NCBI GenBank assembly: GCA_030141605.1
Contig: JAQGDQ010002376.1
Coordinates: 292,422 to 356,421 of the forward strand
Source of the DNA: Tubiluchus corallicola
Taxonomy: Eukaryota > Animalia > Priapulida
Length of the DNA stretch: 64,000 nt
Direction: 5' to 3'
Part shown: one piece after another, positions 53,401-64,000 of the stretch
How the letters are laid out: every line of letters starts with the position of its first letter
Numbering within the stretch: position 1 is the first letter of the stretch
Translations under genes and position numbers: made by a program
The notes under the pieces: model-generated
What the model saw: only the letters and a program-made list of their open reading frames with translations
What the model was told of the DNA's origin: nothing
Databases searched by the model: none

Positions 53401-56400
53401 AAACTCCCAATACTTAACGTTCTAGAATTTTTGCAGTGTCTTTGTTTTGTAGTCTAACAAAAGGTATGGTGTATTACATGTGGGGAGAGAATTTTTAGTA
53501 ATATTAAGATTACTAGTGACTGGCGAAAACTTTAGTTCATCTTGAATAAAATTTGATCAATGGCCTCGGGTTTACCTCATTTGAGAGCGTTTACATGGAA
53601 CATTGTCAAAATTTCAAATTTTTTGAACTTAGATCTTGTATGTTTATAAGTATAAGTATGATTACAAATATATGAGCGATATAAGTTAATGAAAAAGAAT
53701 ATTAGCTGTTACTTACAGTATATGACAAAAACATTAATTTCAAACTAATTTATTTCTGTTTATTGCACAATTCATGTGAACATGTCAGTAACAAGCATAC
53801 AGTATCACAATACAATTATTATTTTCTAATGCTTGTACATTTCATGATAACAAGATGAGTAAATACATTATAATCAACGATTAATAAATGTTTATAATTA
53901 TTATTACTATAAACTACAAACTTCCTGTAAAAATCCTATGTGTTTAAGAACTAACATGCGAAAATTTTGATTGCTACTGTATCAGTTTACAATTTACTTA
54001 GTAACTTTAATTTACTATAATCTTTCATTTTGTTTTCACTTTCCACACCTGTACATTTTGATTTGTGCAGAAATACTTTTTAAAGAAACAAAGGCAAAAC
54101 TAAGCTGCATGTTGTTAAATGCTGGCTTGGATTGTTTTAAACTTACGCTAACATACATACACTAACATATTACAGCCATTTGTACTAATGTCTGCACACC
54201 TTAATTGCTTGTAGAAGTCTATGTCTGTTACATTTAAGCTCTATTAACTCTATAAACACAATAAAAGTCGATTTTTTATATTTTTTGATCGCATGGCCCT
54301 GGAACAATTTCTGGTGTCATTACTTTATTTGACCAATCTGGCTCCTGTGTTTGAAATGAGTGTGCATTTACGTAACTCATTTATCAAGGTTGCCTGATAG
54401 AATCAAGGATCAAATTGCCCCAAATTTGAGATTTATAAGCTTACTGCAAAACTTTTTTGTGTTTTAATTAATTTTAAGCTGTATTCTGTTTCGTGTTTTG
54501 ATTTTAAACACAAAATTAAAATTTATAATCAATATGTTGAAAATTGTGTGGTGTGGTCAAGTTTTTTTATGTATTTGGCCCTCCTAACTTTAGAACCTGA
54601 CTGCCCCTGTATGCATAACGATAATTAGTAAGGCAGTCAAAGTACTCTTAAGTTTGAGTATGCTTACTGAACCAAATGACTATCTAGTTTAGACGTATTT
54701 GCAGATAATAATGAATTTGATGGTTCTGCTCTCATAAGCTACAACTCTGTGCATTCACTGAGTGAAGCGTGAGAATGCTGATAAGCACATTGCTCGTTGC
54801 ATAACGTAATAGTTTATTGACAGATTCACGTTTTCTAACTTAACTGGACATACTTCCTGCCATTTAGAGTTGAAAAGCAGAAACCAGGTTTTTGATTACC
54901 CATGTTCTATGTCAAGAAGAAAGGAAGAGATTTTCGAATGTGCGAAGGATGATGATGACTACGATTGTTATGACTGCATCACTTGTTTAACCATTGTTAT
55001 GTTGTAAAAACGAGGAAAAAGGTTTTAGGTGGACAACATAATAAATATACTATAGCAGAAACAGTTCAGAGTATTTTCACAAAAGAAAAATAAAGATGTG
55101 AAAATATGTGCTATAATACTCTCTGAAAGTCTACGTGTGTATCCTACTAATGCAGAAGTGTTTGGGCACGCAAAGGAAGTTTTAGTAAAAACTGTTTTAT
55201 ATGCATTGTATAGCACATATGGAATCGTAGATATGGTATGCCACGCATGTGAGAGAGGCCAAGGTTATTGTTAAAAAGTGTGGTTATTTGATTAAACATG
55301 CAGGTAGTATAACTGAGATCACTGCTATGATTGAGTGCAGTGTTGAAATGCTCCCAGATGATCCAGCTTTGTCTTTGTTTTTTGGTTCACAATCTGACAA
55401 CATTTCTGGCTTGAGGTCGAGCACACGTTTCTCGCGGAGCTTCTTGGGCGAGTCACAGACGCCAAGGTCGCTGCCCTGATAATCTCCTTCGTTAAGCCAG
55501 ACGGTTTCTCTCAGCCATCGTAATCGACAGTCACATTCAAAAGGGTTTCCTGATAATGAGTGAATGTGTTGTTAAAAGATCTAATGTTATAATTATATAA
55601 AGACAATTGTGTGTTTCCCTATTAATAAGTTTCTGGGTTGCTACTGGATAATGTGCTAAGTATTACAAAGGGGCCATCCATACATAACGATATCAAGTTT
55701 TCGGCCGATTTGGAGGACTATCCTACCTTATGTTGTAATAGTGTTATCATATGCCCCACCACCTACCTACCTCTTATATTGATATCGATGTAGTTTTTTG
55801 TACATTTTATTCTTTCTCCTCCCAAGGACATTCAACAACATCACTGTTGTTAATTAATGAGAAACCATCAGTGGGTTGCGTCATTCTACTGGCACTGCTA
55901 CTGCTGCTGGCACACACGTGTGAAAAAAACATGAAGTCAGTTAACAATATCATGACTAAATCACCTACTTACCTTTAATTTACCTTTACCTTTACTTTAC
56001 TTACCTATTTACATTATGTTATAATGGTGTTATCACATCTCATGTCATCTACCTCCCTAAACTTGATATCGTTATATTTGGATGGCCCCAAAACAGCAGT
56101 GTAGTGGCAAAACTTTGCACCCACCCTCACAGCCCCAGTATCTGCTGGGAAACCCATCGGTTGGAGGGACCCTTGGCTGTGAAGAAGAACTGGTAAAGCA
56201 TCAAAGTAATGCATAATTTTCCAAAACTTTAACAATTTTGTCAACGCGAAATTCTCAAGGAAAAATTAAAGGCAAGTTATGATGTTTTTTGACCGATCTT
56301 AAAAATTGTGGTACATTCGATAGGCCTCAGACATTTTTACCTAAGTTTAATGATTTGTGGTCCACTGGCACTACTTTTGCAGGGTGACCCAAACATACAG

Positions 56401-59400
56401 TTATGCTAATACAGAGCTACAGTGCAGCACAAACCACATATGTGCAGTGAATCTTAAATATGTATTTGGCACAACTACAATATGTTTAATATAAGAATGT
56501 AAAGAAAACAAAAAACTGTTGGTGGTGATTGCATTAGGCTAAACCACGAGTTTTTGTAAATTATATGTACAACTTATAATTTAAAATTAGATGGGCTGTA
56601 TTTTTTATATAGCCTATACCCTCATTGACAGCCATTACACCCTCAAGCCTCAATGAGTTATTCTGTTTTGTAAAAATAATTGTCAATTAATATTGTGTGA
56701 AGAAATTCCACCTAGCTGTGAGATGAACTTTTAATTTAATAAATGATAGAACTTCATAATGAAACTTCAAAATTTGCTATTACTTGATTTTCTTGTACTT
56801 GGAGTTACATGTACTTACTGGTTTTTTGTTATTATTGTTGTTGTTGTTATCGTCACCATTATTGTATATCTTATATCGTTATCATTATCATTATGGTAGT
56901 ACCAGTAGCTGTAGCATAATAGTTGTCACTCACCATATAGCAGCAGTAAAACGTTTTTTGTCTCAACATTTTGATGAAATGGTATGTAGTCAATATTTTT
57001 TATGCCATTCCTCGACAGATCAAGCTCTTTTAACCTCGACAGTGAAGATAGGTCCAACTTGAAATGCTGAAGCTTGGCAGCTGTAATTTTGAGTGATTCC
57101 AAGTCCCTTAGACTTAAAAATGCTTTTGGGTGTATCTGTGGGAGATTGGTTGCCTTTATTATAAGATTCGTAGCGTCAAGACCTTCAAAGGTTTTCTCCT
57201 TGATTGCCATCAAATTTCTTGCCCTGAGTTCTACATGACGGGCCACTATTCCCTTCAGAAACTTCTTGGGAAATGTAGCATTGGGGTTGTTGTTGGTGAC
57301 CATGAGTTTGTAGACAGGCCGGTCGATCTCGCTCACAGCTGCTTCGAACTGTGTGCTGTCATGGTAGATGCAGGCAACGTGTGGACATTTTTCTGTGATG
57401 GCCACCCTTGTTCCAAAGCTGCAGTGACACTGTGTCATTTTCGGACATCCGGAGTACTGTGAGCAGTCTTCAGCATGGCACAGGAGTAATAAAGTCGACA
57501 TCACTAATAAAAACTCTGTACTCAAATAATTAGAAGGCATTTTTCAATTAAAGTAGTCAGAGTTTGCTATTATTTGCCACTTAAATATTTCCTTTCTCAA
57601 GTACACGAACTACTGGCCACTACTGCATATTGTAGCAAATTAAGCTCTGAGAACAGCATTTTTTCAGGTAGTTTGATGGGTGTTGGCAGCACAACAGGCC
57701 TAAAATGTGAATTAGTGGCAGCCCTTGCAGAAGTTTTCCATTACAGTATTTCGGCTGTTGACACATTATTTCTCATCGTAGGCTGTCACCTTGGTGATGC
57801 CATGCTCATTATTTGCATTGTATTTGGTGTTGGTCATCTTCCCACCCCCATCACAGTTTCTTTGGCCCTGTACCGGTTTAGTGTCAAACCTCAAACTTTG
57901 TTGTAGTTAATGCCCCAGAGACATTTTTAAAAACCAGTTGGCGTGAGCTGTTCAGCCTCTGCTAATGTTTAATCCTATAATTGTAAATATTGGAATGCAA
58001 ATATAAGATTACAGCTGAGATGATATGAACCATAAAAACTCTGTTTGACCAATACATTCTCACGTGGGCTAAGAAAAACAACGGCACCCTATCAGCACTG
58101 CTTGCATAAGATGATATTATTGGATTAAGCAATGGAGAAGCACTTGTTAATTATATTTCTGGGAGTTTATTACATAGGCTGTTAGAAGTCCTGTTTGGAG
58201 GAAGTAAAAAATAAAAGTTTGATGTAAAAGATTAACTTTTTTGTGATAAGTTATGGTTCTAATACTTCTGTTATTTAAGAATTGAAGAAATGTCCTAGAT
58301 AGCTCTATTATTGAATAACATTTTATCATTATCCACCAATGCAAGAATTAAACTGTTAAGTTTATATACGTGTGTGTGTGTGTGTGTGCATGCTTGCATG
58401 TGTGAGGGTGTGTGTGTGTGTTTGTATATGTATATATACTGGTATTGGCATATGAATTTCCTTATGTTTTTGGACAGGTATAATTGATATTAAAAATGTG
58501 TTGTTTTAATTTTATAATATTAACTTATAATCACTCAAATTTAATTGACTTTGGTTTTGTTTGTTTTGTTTTCAGTTTTGTTTATTGTTAATTTCAGTCT
58601 CATTTAATGTAAGCCCAACGATGGTGATTACATCGTTATAATTATGTCAGTTTGCTTTTGACCATGTATGGTAATTACATGCCATGTTTTGTTACAGATT
58701 CGAGGTTTAGGCTCTGGACGTAGCACGCCATCCTCAAAGTTCAGCAAAGCTGAGTCAGTACTGCGTGAGGGGCCGAAATGGGATCCCGAACGGCTGACGC
58801 TTGAAACAAAATTCGTAATGGGTGCTAAAGCAAATAAGTGAGCAATAATTTTAATATTAAATGTTTTGCTAATGATATATACAACGGGTGGTGTGGGTCA
58901 ATAGTACATGTGTCTCAGTTCTTAGCTGCTATGGACTCCTGTGCTTTTTGGATTCCTTTAGTTCTCTATCATGGTTATTTTCCAACATTTGGTTTTTATT
59001 TTATGGGACTGTGCCGGTTAAAGGCAAATTATATATTTATGAGTCAAGATATAATTTTATGTGAAAACAGAGATTTTGCTTAGTTTTTGTAAGTGACTAT
59101 GGCTTTTCATTCTTGTTTTTATGCTAATTTAGTGTAATAACAAGAACGAAAATTCACAATTTTCTTGAGAGCCTAAAGTCTTCGATAAAACTGCATTTTT
59201 ACTGACCAATTTATCAAGCAGAATTCCTAATTTTGATTATTCAATAGTGTAGAGAGTGTGGTGGAGAGCCAGTTCATGTGAGCAATAGTGTTGCAGTGCA
59301 GTGACAAACTGCCCCTTCCCCCCCCCCCCCCCATTAAAAACATGAAATGCCTACTTTATGTTTGGAATATTTCAAAATGTCATAAGAATTTAAGTACTGT

Positions 59401-60402
59401 ACTTAAATCTTCATCGCCAAGTGATATTAAAGATAAGTTGTGTCTCTATTTTGCAGAGTAATGTTTGTTCACTGTTTTACAGAGCATTAGGTCTTGGTGC
59501 TACTCGTGGTAGATTGTACATAAAACATCCAGATTTATTTAAGGTAAGTAATTACTACTTAAACTATGCACAGTGATCATAAGTAGCGAAACAAAAAAAG
59601 AAAAGGAAAGATGCAAAAGGTGAAATGTGACTGGTGCATCACAGAATTCACGGGCAGTTTTTTTGGTCCCTAATTCTTTGAACTAACGTGTTGCTTAGGT
59701 TACAAATTGCTGTGTTATTTACTGAGTGGAGACCATCTTTAACTGCTTTACTCGTTATGATGCTGAATCCGGCAACTAGCGATGCCACTTCACGATAAGA
59801 ATATTGAAAAAATCAGCAGCAGTTTGTTTGACGATTAACTTCGCTACTCCAAGGCCCTATTATTGTGAATGCACTATTACGCATCTTCTTTGTATGCCAA
59901 TTTACTGTCAAAATAAGTAATGTAGTATAATATAAACTATCTTATGCATAATTGACCTCCTGTTTGTCAATTGCAGAATTAACTGCTGAAAGTGGACAAT
60001 AGGTCCTACTAATTTTGTTATAGTGACTGCTAATCATTAGCTCTAAATTAGTTTTGAAAAAGCATTTCTTGTGCAAATTATTTTTAAAAATACAAAAAAA
60101 ATGAGAAAATAATAACATAAGAAAATGTAATATCTCACCACAAATAAATAAGCTTTTCATAAATTTGTTTTTTTGTGGTATTTGCTTCACATGTTGCTGT
60201 GAAATACACACATATTTAAGGTTGAATATCAGCAGTTGTTTCCTGTTTAGCTATAACTCGGTTAATTTTAACTTTAGTATTCAGGTGATAGTGAAGACAA
60301 GGTGTGGTTGTACGAAAATAGGTTGATGCCAGCAACGGGTGGAAGAGCCTATCTCTTGATAGAGGAAGATATTTATGATTTAGCTGAAACAAATGAATAC
60401 AA
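41466..60402 (+). CDS. DNTTIP1: Deoxynucleotidyltransferase terminal-interacting protein 1 (MiDAC HDAC complex subunit), 3'-incomplete
   Basis: Exons 41466-41503, 41990-42187, 43723-43840, 44720-44826, 46066-46171, 47457-47558, 48402-48506, 52660-52740, 58698-58837, 59483-59543 and 60278-60402 are phase-consistent. Dimerisation region SLDLLRQNLQKKINKDIDELIQSYLDKYF...VCRQILEEAK; C-terminal domain REGPKWDPERL..ETKFVMGAKANKALGLGATRGRLYIKHPDLFKYSGDSEDKVWL...LMPATGGRAYLLIEEDI. The first three exons are less certain; the last exon was not found in the window. Confidence 0.9.
42290..43140 (+). mobile_element. Decayed LINE 3' remnant
   Basis: Broken ORF2-like peptide stretches ending in an AATAAATG/AT-rich tail. 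Confidence 0.3.
45643..45749. mobile_element. ~100-bp MITE, same family as 32634-32731
   Basis: GCTCAGCTTCCTGAAGCCATCACTAAG ... CTTAGTGACGGCTTTGTGAAACCGGCTC. Confidence 0.65.
46840..47400 (-). mobile_element. Decayed coding-like transposon remnant (possibly DIRS-type)
   Basis: GC-richer block carrying a 114-aa minus-strand ORF and a Cys/His knuckle-like stretch in another frame (LCIWCVWQGRG). The family assignment is a guess. Confidence 0.25.
47802..48050 (-). mobile_element. Penelope-like remnant with hammerhead-like motif
   Basis: Minus strand: GIY-YIG tail-like DLLIKGSLSVYPYKPSLNAQ, followed by TGCCA-CTAATGA-TGACA...TGTC-GAAACGT-TGGCA. Confidence 0.55.
49015..49977 (+). CDS. Intronless class A (rhodopsin-like) orphan GPCR, 320 aa, nested in a DNTTIP1 intron
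   Basis: Seven hydrophobic segments; N-terminal N-glycosylation sites (NLT, NVT); ANLFLANFA; TM3 Cys and MTIDRYIAIIYPLHY; TM4 Trp; ECL2 Cys; TM7/H8 NIILYFWKIKQLREFFLKLC. Confidence 0.9.
   Translation: MNLTSLNVTDIDADKLSSILTVVYFTVFMLLMTILIGLDVCVVALIMVKNFLRTAANLFLANFAISSALLSLYNIHMLIVRHYVTDFSALHCAVNGIVVCGLLTECLIMEVLMTIDRYIAIIYPLHYHHLSTNLNSTITIFVSWIYSFCIGIASSSWFTFLNNTEVKDVTKCVIARQVHPEFCLYFAAQYAIASSVIFFIYASVFKVVLQHKIQLANAVPDSHQNYLNLIERIKAAISVFATVGTSLLCFAAFFAHLGITCATELELKSLKQSADILINISALTNIILYFWKIKQLREFFLKLCGKRHNSIVATSSQNPC
50544..52601. mobile_element. Tigger-like MITE enclosing a LINE fragment
   Basis: TA|CAGTGAATCCTCGCTTAATGATG ... CATCGTTAAGCAAGGGCTTACTG|TA. Confidence 0.65.
50950..52545 (-). 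mobile_element. 5'-truncated CR1/L2-clade LINE (RT plus C-terminal domain), frameshifted
   Basis: Minus-strand peptides LLSWLCSYLSERKQSVIING, MRLLTDDTCI (YADD-like), LQQDL, YNLRN..., FFPSGTEKWNKL and EDVLHYLLICPIY. Confidence 0.85.
55284..57540 (-). CDS. LRR-LRRCT protein with GPI-type C-terminus (~290 aa), antisense in a DNTTIP1 intron
   Basis: Exon 1 57540-56934: signal peptide, Cys-rich LRRNT, LRRs, donor G|GTGAGT in phase 1. Exon 2 55549-55284: GNPFECDCRLRWL...LGVCDSPKKL...C, then AGSSGS and a hydrophobic tail IIAVISVILPACLIK*. Confidence 0.88.
55670..56089. mobile_element. PIF/Harbinger-like MITE in the LRR gene intron
   Basis: TIRs GGGGCCATCCATACATAACGATATCAAGTTT / AAACTTGATATCGTTATATTTGGATGGCCCC, with AAA on both sides. 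Confidence 0.75.
58371..58420. repeat. (TG)n microsatellite
   Basis: Interrupted TG dinucleotide run. Confidence 0.9.
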
Positions 60403-60649
60403 GTAAGTTTTCATACAAAGCCTTTCACAAAATTCTTTCTGAATTATGTAAGTATGGAGTGAGTTGTTTCCATAGTCATAGATGCTTTGCTGAAATCTGT
60501 TCATTCTCGCTTATTTGTCGTAACGTGAGTACTGATAGCTGCATCAGCTTGAACACAGTTGAGATTGAAGTGTTGGTGTGTTAACGTGTCAGTGTAGTTG
60601 AGTGATAGTTTTAACATTTTTTTGTATTAATCTGATGCAGCAATCAACA

Positions 60650-60932
60650 TTGATCATAGCTGCAAAAGATGGTTAAAAGGCTGATACTCACGTTAACAAA
60701 TCATTTTAATCAAATTAACAAACTATATGTTTAAGAAACAATCATATTATTACTATGTTAGAACAGCAACACATATTTATTTCTATTCATTTGATCATAG
60801 CTGCAAAAGATGGTTAAAAGGCTGATAATCACGTTAACAAATCATTTTAATCAAATTAACAAACTATATGTTTAAGAAACAATCATATTATTACTATGTT
60901 AGAACAGCAACACATGTTTATTTCTATTCATT
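60650..60932. repeat. 141-bp near-identical tandem duplication
   Basis: TTGATCATAGCTGCAAAAGATGG... at 60650 and 60791, with about two substitutions. Confidence 0.9.
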
Positions 60933-61053
60933 TAATTCTGCTAATAAGTTTTTGTCGTATTTTATTCACTTATAGTTATAACTTGATGTCTATGTTTGAA
61001 TTTGATATAACATATTAAATAACCGTAAAAGATGTGAGAATGCTAATATATTT

Positions 61054-63083
61054 TCAAGCTAATTTCTGCATTAAAGACACATATATAGATAAAGATAGCA
61101 AAATCATCTCAAATTGTAATCTTCTACCAGAATCTGTAGTTGTTTGTGGTGGCGATTCAGTGGTGTCTTTGGTGTATTCTGTCGTTTCCTCTTCCTCTGT
61201 CGTCGGGTTTCCAGTTGGCGGTCTGTATGGATTGCATAAGTCTGCTGCATTCAGTTCATCGAGGCTTTGTCCGCTAAAATGTGGTGGCTCGGCACAAGTT
61301 CCAAGTTTAGTTCCCCAGCCCCAGGTAGTGTTAACCAGCCAGGCCAGTTCACACGAACAGTTTAATGGATTGTCTGAAAAATTTTTAATATATTATAGGA
61401 AACTTAAAGATTGCACAAGTCTTCGGTAGTTAAGTCGTCAAGACTTTGTCCGCTCAGATGAGGTGGTGCAGCACACTTTCCAAGTCTGGTACCTCCTCCC
61501 CAGGAAGTGTTAATGAGCCAGGCTAGTTCACACAAACAGTTTAAGGGATTGTCTGAAAAAGTTTAATGCATTAAACCTGGTTATTGTTGTCCCGAATTTT
61601 TTGGAAAGCAAAATGATGAGTGTACATTATATGATTTCAATCTCATGGCTGTTCAGTAAAATTAGTGCTAAGTAATATTGTATGAAAACACTGTTTTGCA
61701 CATTTTAATTCTACTACTGTGTGTACTTTCAGCCAAATTTTAGGAATTTTATTGATGTTATTCTTTTTTTCGTTTAAAACAGCTGTTTGTAAGAGTTGGA
61801 GTTATGTAATGGCATTTTTTCTAAGATTCACCATCAAGATAACCCCTAAAGCTTATCAAGTTTATCGTACCTGATTAGTCACTTGAAAAGTTGACTGTTT
61901 TTAGGTGATCAACATTGCACACTTTCGATGCTATCTATAATTTGCGTTGTTCAACATTAGTGTGACTGCTAGGCTATTTAACACTTAAATTTCACTAGAA
62001 TAAGTGGGAATCAAAACAGAACAGAAAGTTATTGTGCTAATTGTGTCATTTGGCAATATTAAGTTGATTTAACAATAAGAACTTACTACTCAAGTCTAGC
62101 GTTATGGCTTGATATTCGCTTCTGCTTATAATGGAATCTTCGTCTAATGTTTTTATTAGATTGTTGCTGAGGTCGAGGCTTTCTAGTTCTTCTAGTCCGG
62201 GATCGTCGAAGACTCCGCGTTTTATATGCTCAAACTTGTTGTAAACCAAGCTAATTATTTTCAACTTAGTGGTTTTTGCAAATGTGCCAGATTCCAATGA
62301 TGTCAGATTGTTCTCACCTAGAAAAAGCACAGTGAGATTTTGCAAGTTGTCCAACGCCCTTTCCTCAATTGTGTGGATCTTGTTGTAGTCCAGATAAAGT
62401 GCGAACAAACCTGATAAACTTCCAAGTGTGTTTGCCTGAAGAGTTGTAATGCCATTGTAGCACATCCACAAGTTCTGTACGCTGCCAGGAATTGAAGGTA
62501 TCCAAGAGGCAACATCCGTTATTGCGTTTTGACTTAAGTCAAGTGTTATCAAATGTGGAAGTCCTTCAAAGCTCTCACTTGCAATTTCACTTAAACGATT
62601 ACGTCTCAAATATAGATACTGCAATGAGGAAATATCAGAAAAGGCATTATTACTTATCTTAGTTAGTTGTTCATTGTCTACAATTTCTAGTGTGGTTAGT
62701 CCTAGTTGTGCAGAAGAATGTTTGAATGCTCCACTGTTGAGTTCAGTTACATCTGTTCTATTCACTCGTAGTTTCTGTAAAGAGATCATACTTTCTAACA
62801 TGTTATCAACCAGCTTTGGCGAGTAGTGAAACTCACTGATGATAAAGGTGCCAATCTGTAACCGCATTGTCTTTAACGTTAATCTTAGTGGTTCATATCC
62901 CATCCATTCGCAGAATATTGTTGATTGACCGCCGGATTCTGTACATACACATCGGTCATTTGGTAATTCATGTGGACATAAAGGCACATCTACGCAATCA
63001 TGGAAACATGGCCAATAGCTGAAGGTTATTTGTGGCAGCCATGCCGACAGTATAACACAGACTGACAGTTTTACAAGTTTCAT
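61054..63083 (-). CDS. LRR-LRRCT receptor, GPI-type isoform (~438 aa), antisense in a DNTTIP1 intron
   Basis: Exon 1 63083-62087: MKLVKLSVCVILSAW signal peptide, Cys-rich cap, ~10 LxxLxLxxN repeats, donor A|GTAAGT in phase 1. Exon 2b 61373-61054: NPLNCSCELAWL...GTCAEPPHF...LC, a T/E/P-rich stalk, then DSG and hydrophobic MILLSLSIYVSLMQKLA*. Confidence 0.88.
61404..61552 (-). CDS. Alternative duplicated LRRCT terminal exon 2a (secreted isoform ~381 aa)
   Basis: Acceptor CTTTTTCAG, phase-compatible with exon 1; NPLNCLCELAWLINTSWGGGTRLGKCAAPPHLSGQSLDDLTTEDLCNL*, with no stalk or hydrophobic tail. Confidence 0.7.
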
Positions 63084-64000
63084 AATTTTATGTAGAGTAC
63101 CAGACGTTTTCACTAATTTTATAACTGCTTCCTTCCTAGCTTCTTATGTCAGCTTCTGTTATAACGGCATTAGTATTTACATTACAAATACGCCCTTTGC
63201 TTTACGTTAATGTAACATGTATTTATCATTCTTGCGTAAATCATCACATTTTGTTTACAAACTACGTCACATTCTGACACATTTATCACGTCAGTAGAAG
63301 CTGATTCTGTACTGACACACAGTCCAAAGACCATGTTAGAGTATCAGGTACAGTGTAACTACATGTGTCTACATTGCACAATATTTCACGTTGCAAAATA
63401 TGGTTGACTAAAATTAGGTTAAATGCAACTACTTAACCATGGTTATGGAATTATTACAGTGAAATTTCAGTCTTTGCTACACTGTTTTGGAGCCAGAGAA
63501 CATGTCAGTAAAATGAAAAAAGAAATGACTTCCGATGCAGTTTTTATCTCTTGTTTGCAATTCTTTTGTTATTAAGTAGTTCTCTTCAGGAGAAAGGGAG
63601 ACTTCATGATGATCAGATTATTTTATATATCAACTTCCCCCTCCAGAATTCCCACACATTTTGACACGGTTTGACTACATAAGTGTCTTTTTAAATAAAT
63701 TATTATTAACTATTGTTGATTAAGAAATAAATATATAGTCAGTTACTATTTCCTGACAAAAATGTTTCTGTGTAGGAATAAATAAGTAGTCGGTTGGTAT
63801 ATCCAGACAAATGTATGTTTCTGTATGGATCAAACATGTTTGATAGATAGAAATTTTAAATTGAGCAAGTAGAAGAAAATGTTTTCTGCATACAATAAAA
63901 AAAAACCAATCAGTTGTCCTTGAAAAATGTTTTTCTTGCACCCTTAAAACTACTGTTTCCTGTGAAACATAACCAACTCAGAATTAATAAAAATGTTATA

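Noticed and set aside
61374-61406. Stop-codon readthrough from LRRCT exon 2a into exon 2b
   Set aside because: The 30-nt spacer leaves exon 2b out of frame with exon 2a.
61034-61429. Plus-strand 131-aa ORF, and similar antisense ORFs at 21918-22202, 25791-26063, 35763-36071, 48858-49238 and 57130-57462
   Set aside because: These are shadows of real coding exons on the opposite strand.
63590-63674. Candidate last exon of DNTTIP1
   Set aside because: It has an acceptor and a short open frame (RKGDFMMIRLFY...), but no resemblance to the conserved DNTTIP1 C-terminus; the true exon is probably beyond the window.

Overview
AT-rich, intron-rich animal (invertebrate-like) genomic DNA; no prokaryotic operons or CRISPR arrays. 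Spliced gene models were built by hand from splice signals and reading-frame phase. (1) The 5' part of a ComEA/EEPD1-type helix-hairpin-helix gene (minus, runs off the left edge). (2) A complete PRPF3 (plus, 10 coding exons, one GC-AG intron). (3) A complete RanGAP1 (minus, 13 coding exons), with a candidate alternative terminal exon that ends in a leucine-rich NES. (4) DNTTIP1 (plus, head-to-head with RanGAP1, last exon not found in the window). Three DNTTIP1 introns each host a cell-surface gene: an intronless class A GPCR on the same strand and two antisense LRR-LRRCT genes with GPI-type tails. The most striking structure is in the second LRR gene, which has two tandemly duplicated, phase-compatible LRRCT terminal exons: one predicts a secreted protein, the other a Thr/Pro/Glu-stalked GPI-anchored receptor with a VLR-like layout. 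Intergenic and intronic DNA holds nested MITEs (hAT-, Tc1/pogo- and Harbinger-like), LINE and Penelope remnants (the latter with hammerhead-like motifs), a probable GPCR pseudogene, a 47-codon orphan ORF and recent tandem duplications. All homology calls come from motif recognition, not database searches.
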